A DNA stretch of 64,000 nt from the human T2T-CHM13v2.0 reference genome, Homo sapiens: assembly GCF_009914755.1 (NCBI RefSeq), contig NC_060943.1. One strand, written 5' to 3'. Both the position numbers and the translations under genes were made by a program. Positions 56,220-64,000 of this stretch are shown here, piece after piece. Position 1 is the first letter of the stretch. Each line of letters starts with the position of its first letter. The notes under the pieces were generated by a model. It searched no databases, was not told the DNA's origin, and saw nothing but the letters and a program-made list of their open reading frames with translations.

Positions 56220-57365
56220 CAGAAGTATTAACAGCAGAATAAACCAAGCTGAAGATACAATTTCAGAGCTTGAAGACTGGTCTTTGAATGAACTCAGACA
56301 AAAATAATGAAAAAAGGATTTTAAAAAATGAAAAAATTTAGAAATATAGGATTATGTAGAGAGATCAAATCTATGACACATTGGCATTCCTGAAAAGAGA
56401 GAGAGAGCAATCAATTTGGAAAACATATATAAGAATATTGTCCATGAACATTTCTCTAACTTTCCTAGTTGAGACTTAGCTTCACATTTCACCAAATGGA
56501 CCTAATGGACATCTCCACGATACTCCACATAACAAAAACAAACATTCAAATTCAAGAAATTCAGAGAACATCTGTGAGATACTCTAATGACTAAGAAACA
56601 TAGTCATTAGAGCCTCCAAGGTCAACATGAAACAATATTAATGGCAGCTAGAGAGAAGTAGCAGGTCACCTACAAAGGGAACCCAATCAGGCTAACAGCA
56701 AATCTTTCAGCAGAATTCTAAGCCAGAAAAGACTGGGGGCCTATATTCAAAATTCTTAAAGAAAATAAAGTCCAACAAAGAATTTCATATCTGGCCAAGC
56801 TAAGCTTTATATATAAGTGAATAAGAAATGAAATTCTTTTAAGACAAGCAAATGCTAAGGGAATTTGTTACCACCAGGTCTGCCTTACAAAAGATCCTTA
56901 AGAGAGAGTGAAACATGGAAATAAATGTTCTTTTCCAATCACCACAAAACACACTCAAGTACCTAGACCATGGACACTATAAAGCAATATTTAATCAAGT
57001 CTACTTAACAACCAGCTAACAGCATAATTACAGGGTCAAATCTGCACATGTCAATATTAACCTTGAATGTAAATGAATTAAACTCCCCATTTAAAAGGCA
57101 AAGAGTGACAGGTTGTGCAAAGAAGAAGACTCAACTGTATGCTGTCTTCAAGAGACCCTTCTCACATGCAAGAACACCCACAGGCTCAAAATAAATGGAT
57201 GGAGACAGACCAATCAAGCAAACAGAAGACCAAAAAGAGCAGGGTTTGCTATTTTTACTGCAGACAAAATTAACTTTAAGCCAATAACAATCAAAAAAGA
57301 TAAATAAGGGCATTACATAATAATAATGTGTTCAATTCAACTAGAAGATTTAACTATTCTACATC

Positions 57366-57402
<37 letters not shown>

Positions 57403-58195
57403 GTATCTATCTACACATCTAACACTGGAGCACCCATATTTATAAAATAGCTCTTACAGACATACAAAGAGACTCAGATAACATCACAAAAGAAGTGGGA
57501 GACTTCAACACCCCAGTGACTTTTGGACACATAATCAAGACAGAATACTAACAAAGATATTTGAGACTTGACATTTCACCAAATGGACATAACAGACATC
57601 GCCATAACACTCCACATAACAAAAACAAAATATTCCCTCTTCTCACATTCACATGGCACATGCTATAAAATTGACCCCATGCTTGGCCAAAAGCAGTTCT
57701 TAACAAATTAAAAAGAAAAAATCATACCAACCATACTCTTGGACCACAGCAAAACAAGAATAGAAACCAATACCAATTAGATCTCTCAAAACCATACAAT
57801 TAAATGGAAATTAAACAATCTGTTCCTGAATGACTTTTAAGTAAACAAAGAAATTAAGGCAAAAATTAAGAAATTCTGGGAAACTAATAAAAGCAAAGAA
57901 ACAATGTACCAGAATCTGTGAGACATAACTAAAGTAATGTTAAGAGGAAAGTTTGTACTGCAAAACACCCACATCAGAAACATCTCAAATTAATAACATA
58001 TTATAATATCACACCCAGAGAAACTTGAAAAAACAAGAGAAAATCAACCTAAAATTCACATAAGAAAAGAAATAGGCCACGGGTGGTGGCTCAAGCCTGT
58101 AATCCCAGCACTTTGGGAGGCCGAGGTGGGCAGATCACCTGAGGTCGGGAGTTCCGGACCAGCCTAATCAACATGGAGAAACCCCGTTTCTACTA

Positions 58196-58567
<372 letters not shown>

Positions 58568-58664
58568 TCAGAGACTATTATGAACAATTCTATGCACAAA
58601 AACTAGAAAATCTAGAAGAAATTGATAAATTCCTGCAAAAATGCCACTTCCCAAGATTGAACTA

Positions 58665-59108
<444 letters not shown>

Positions 59109-59245
59109 CTACCATATATGTATAGAAGAGCTGGGATGAATCCTACCGAAACTATTTCAAAAAATTCTGAACTCATTCTATGAGGCTAAAATCATTCTGA
59201 TACCAAACTTCTGCAGAGACACAATGCAAAAAGCAAACTTCAGGC

Positions 59246-62200
59246 CATGACTCCGAATATCTGGAACAGCTCAGAAATCTGGGTGCAGAAAGCTAGGGAC
59301 AAGCCTAGCCAGTCAAGTTGCCTCCAGGGCAGATGCCAGAGGCAGATTCACTGGGCTGGGAGAGTGCAAGCTGAATAGACCCCACAACCATCTGCTGAGC
59401 TGAAAACCCTGGGCCATGGGTGCCTTCCCAGTTGCATATCATTGGGTATCTCTGCCCTGCCAGAAACTCCTCCACTCCTTGACCCACTGCACCAGTAGAC
59501 ATACCCTACAACCCACTCGGACTCTCTCAAGCACAGGGAACTGGCAAGCCCCTGGGGAGTTGTGAATCTACTGGTGACCCAACACTTAGCTGGTACCACC
59601 CCTAAGGAAGGAGAGAGTGCATCCTACCAAATCTCCCATTGGGGCAAAGAAAACACAGGCATGGCACCAGTTTTTGAAGGGGATGGCACCAAGTCCTGCG
59701 AATGAAATTGGAGAGGGAGTCATCTCTTGCCCCTGCCTTCTTTCCCTGCTGCATAAGCACTGAAAAAGTTGTGAACAGCAGAGTTAAGAGCTTATCTGCT
59801 GGCCCTTACTCTAGTGGACTACATCCTAAGTTATACCACCAAACACAAGTACATTCCTCCAATAGGCAATGCCTCTGAAACCCACCAGAGTAACGTATAT
59901 ACAACCTAGGAACCCATAAGTACAGAGCCTTGGCCTTCTGAAAGCACTCAGAAATGAAGCCAATTGACTATACACTATATTCACCAGTCAAACTCTCAAG
60001 TGGAGCAAGAATAAAAAAACAAAAAAGTCCCATCCAAATGACAGCAAACTAAAAAAAAAAAGACAGCTCTCTCAGATGAGAAAAAATTAGCACAAGAACT
60101 CTGGCAATCAAAAATGTCAGAATGTTTTGTTACCTCCAGAAGATCACACTGATTCCCTAGTAATTAATCCCAGCCAGATTGAAATGTCTGAAATTAAAGA
60201 CACATAATTCAGAATGTGGGTGTCAAGAAAGCTCAAAGAGATTTAAGAGAAAGTTGAAACCAATGCAGGGAAGCCAGAAAAAAAGATCCAAGATTTGAAA
60301 GACAACATAAGCATATTAAGAAAGTACCAAATTGAACTTCTGGAATTAAAAAATTCACTACAGGAGTGTCAAACTACAGTCGGAATCTTGAACAACAGAC
60401 TAGACCAAGCAGAGAAAAGAATTTCAGAGCTCTAAGACAGGTCCTTCAAATCAACCCAGTCAGACAAAAGTAAAGAAAAAAGATTAAAAATTGAACAAGA
60501 AAATCCAAGAAATATGGGATTATGTAAAATGACCGAACCTACTACTCATGGGCATTTCGGAGAGAAAAGAAGAAAGTGTAAGCAACTGGAAAACTTATTT
60601 GAAGATGTAACTCATAAAAATATTCCCAATCTCACTAGAGAGGTCAACATGCAAACACAAAAAATTGAGAAAACCCCTATGAGATACTATACAAGATGAT
60701 CATCCCCAAGGCATATAGTTGTCAGATGTTCTGAGGTCAACACAAAAGAAAACATTTTAAAGGTAGCCAGAGAGAAGGGTCATATCACCTATGAAAGGAA
60801 ACCCCATCAGGTTAACAGTGGACTTCTCAGTAGAAATGTTGCAAGCCACAGGATTCTATTCTATTCTATTCTATTCTATTCTATTCTATTCTATTCTATT
60901 CTATTCTATTCTACTCTATTCTATTCTAATTTTGAGACAGAATCTTGCTCTGTTGCCCAGGCTGGAGGGCAGCGGCACAATCTCGGCTCACTGCAGCCTC
61001 CTCCTCCTCAGTTCAAGTGATTCTCCAGCCTCAGCCGCCCGAGTAGCTAGGACTACAGGCACCCGCCAACACGCCCAGCTAATTTTTGTTTGTTTAGTAG
61101 AGATGGGGTTTCACCATATTAGCCAGGCTGGTCTCAAACTCCTGACTTCAGGTGATCAACCCACCTTGGCCTCTCAAAGTGCTGGGATTACAGGTGTAAG
61201 CCACCATGCCCAGCCAAAATTTCATCCCTATTATTAGCATTCTTAAAGAAAACACATTCCAATTAAGAATTTCACATTTCACTAATCTAAGCTTCATAAG
61301 CAAAGGAGAAATAAAATCTTTTTCAGACAAGCAATTGCTAAGGGAATTTGTTACCACTAGGCTGGCCTTACAAAAGATGCTTAAGAACATTCTAAACTTG
61401 GAAACAAAAGAAAGATACCTGTTACTACAAAATACATGTAAATAAATAGCACACAGACCCTATAAAGCAACCACACAGTCAAGACCACAAAGCAAACAGC
61501 CAATAACACCATGACAGGAAAGAAAACTCACATATCAATATTAACCTTGAATATAATGATCTAAATGCCCCCACTTAAAAGGCACAGAGTACCAAGTTTG
61601 ATTTTAAAAAATCCAACCTTCTAATGTTTTCAAAAGATCCATCTCAGATTTAACTACACACATAAACTGAAAGTAAAAGGATGGAAAGAAAACTATTATG
61701 CAAATGGAGAACAAAAAACACCAGGGCTTACAATTCTTTTATTAGATAAACAGACTCCAACAACAGCAAAGGAGAAAGCAGGTCATTAGATAATTATAAA
61801 GGGTTTAATTCAATCATAAGCCTTAACTATCCTAAATATATATGCACTCAACATTGAATAACCCAGATTCATAAAACGAATACTTCTAGACCAATGAAAA
61901 GACCCAGAGAGCCACACAGTAATAGTGAGGGATGTCAGTATTTCACTGACGGTGCTATACAGATCACTACGGCAAAAAAAACAAAAACCAAAAAACAAAA
62001 CAAAAAAACCTAACAAATTCTGGACTTAAATTTGACACTAGACCTAGACCAATCAGATATAATAGACATCTACAGAATACGTCATCCAAGAACCCCACAT
62101 TATGTATTTATCTCATTCACACATGGAACATACTCCAAGATTGACCACATGCTTGGCAATAAGTCAAGTCTAAATGAATTTTTTAAAAAATCAAAATTAT

Positions 62201-63210
62201 ATCAAGCATACTATTGGACCCCAGTATATTAAAAGTAGCAATCAATACCAAAAGAAACTCTCAAAATCACAAAATTACATGAAATCTAAACAACTTGATC
62301 ATTATTGAATTTTGGGCAAACAATGAAATTAAAGCAGAAATGAAGACTTTTTTGAAGCTAATTAGACACAGCAAACCTAAATCTCTGGGAGGCAGCTAAA
62401 GCAGTGTTAAGAGGAAAATTTATAGTGCTAAATCCCTTTATGAAAAAGTTAGAAGATCCCCAATAAACGACCTAACAGTGCAACTGAAGGAACTAGAGAA
62501 AAAAAAATCCAACCCAAAAGCTAGTAGAAGAAAAGAAATAACTAAAATAAGAGGAGAATGAAATGAGACTGAGATGCAAAAGGCCATACAAAAGATCAAT
62601 GAAACCAGGAGCTTGCTTTTGAAAGGAATAGATTGGTACACCATTAGCTAGATTAATCAAGAAAAAAAAAGAATCAAAATAAGCACAATCAGAAATAAAA
62701 AAGGTGATATTAAAACTGATCCCGCAGAAATCTGAAAGATCCTCAGAGACTCCAAACCAAATCCAGTAGCAAATTCAAAAGTTAATTCACCATAATCAAG
62801 TAGGCTTTATTCCTGGGATACAGGGCTGGCTCAACATATGCAAATCAATAAATAAAATTCACCACATAAACAGGATGAAAACTAAAAACATGATTGTCTC
62901 AATAGATTCAGCAAAAACGTTTGATGGATTTCAGCTTCCTTCATGATAGAAACCCTCAACAAAGTAGGCATCGAAGGAATATAACTCAAAAGAATCAGAA
63001 CCCTCTGTGACAAACCTACAGCTAACATTGAAATGATGGGTAAAGCTCAAACCATTCCCCTTGATAACTGGAAGAAGACAAGAATTCAGACTCTCCCAAC
63101 TCCTATTAAACATAGTACTGGAAGTCTTAGCTAGAGCAAACAGCAAGAGAAATAAATAAAAGGTGTCCAAATTGGAAGAGAGGAAGTCAAATTATTCCAT
63201 TTGCTGATGG
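59246..63210 (+). mobile_element. Old L1 (5'UTR, ORF1, deleted ORF2) with an antisense AluS (~60853-61215) whose tail is a (CTATT)n microsatellite
   Basis: ORF1-like [15 protein letters not shown]2-like HGTYSKIDHMLG, and an RT motif remnant TTTGCTGATG at ~63200. Confidence 0.85.
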
Positions 63211-64000
63211 CTTTCTATCCTGGGTTCTCTATTCTGTTCCACTGGTCTTTGGTGTGATTTATTTTGGAGAATATTTCATGTGCAGATGAGAATAATGTAT
63301 ATCCTGCCATTGTGTAAAATGTTCTGAAAATGCCTGTTGGGTTGATTTGGTCTGAAGTCTAATTTAACTGCAATGTTTCTGTGCTGATTTTCTGCCTCAG
63401 CATTGTCAACAGTGTTAATACCCCATTATTATTGCTGTCTATCTGTTCTCTTAGGTCTATCAGTATTTGTTTTATGAATATGGGTGCTCCAGCATTGGGT
63501 GCATATACATTTAGATAGTTATGTCTTCTTGTTGAATTGAGCCCTTTGTTATTATGTAATAATCTTCTTTTTTTAATGCTGTTGATTTAGTCTGTTTTAT
63601 TTCATATAAGTTTGGCTATTTCAGCTCATTTTGGTTTTCCATTTGTGTGGTATATCTTTTCCCACTGGTTTTCTTTGAGGCTTGGCTTTTTACCATTAAA
63701 GCGTGTCTCTTGTAGGCAGCAAATGTTTGGATCTTACTTTTCTTATTTAATTTGCCAGTCTATATCTTGTAAGTGGAATATTTAGGCCAATTACACTCAG
63801 GGGTAATATTGAAATGCAATGTTTTTATTGCTGTCATAATGTTTTTACCTGGTTGTTTTGTAGCAACAATTGTATAATTGCTTTATAGACTCTGTGATCT
63901 TTTTACTTATGTGTGCTTTTATGATGGCAAATTTTGTCCTTTTATTTCTGTCTTTAGAACTCTTTTGAGCATTTCTTGTAAGTCCAGTCAAGAGGTGACA
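63211..64000 (-). mobile_element. Antisense old L1 (ORF2 endonuclease to ORF1 end)
   Basis: Antisense L1 phrases (TGGGTGCTCCAGCATTGGGTGCATATAC). Confidence 0.8.

Overview
Primate (human-like) genomic DNA, AT-rich and dominated by repeats. I see no intact protein-coding gene. (1) 4.5-9.7 kb, minus strand: exons 1-4 of an unprocessed (intron-containing) SHCBP1 pseudogene. It has a lost ATG, two in-frame stops and frameshifts, but keeps a CpG-island promoter with GC boxes, a CCAAT box and a CHR element. Two further exon-like cassettes lie downstream at 3.3-3.9 kb. (2) 29.1-35.95 kb, the most unusual feature: a heavily decayed tandem array with a ~171-bp monomer and alternating A/B (~342-bp dimer) organisation. 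It has patchy similarity to alpha satellite and is interrupted by MER1, a full THE1 element, an L1PA fragment and an Alu, each with target-site duplications, so it is a candidate fossil of an ancient centromeric satellite layer. (3) 36-64 kb is almost pure nested L1, including a full-length L1PA, a twin-primed inverted L1 and signs of gene conversion between neighbouring L1s. Repeat subfamily names and reference-sequence comparisons come from recalled consensus sequences, not from a database search. Boundaries without TSDs or splice sites are approximate.
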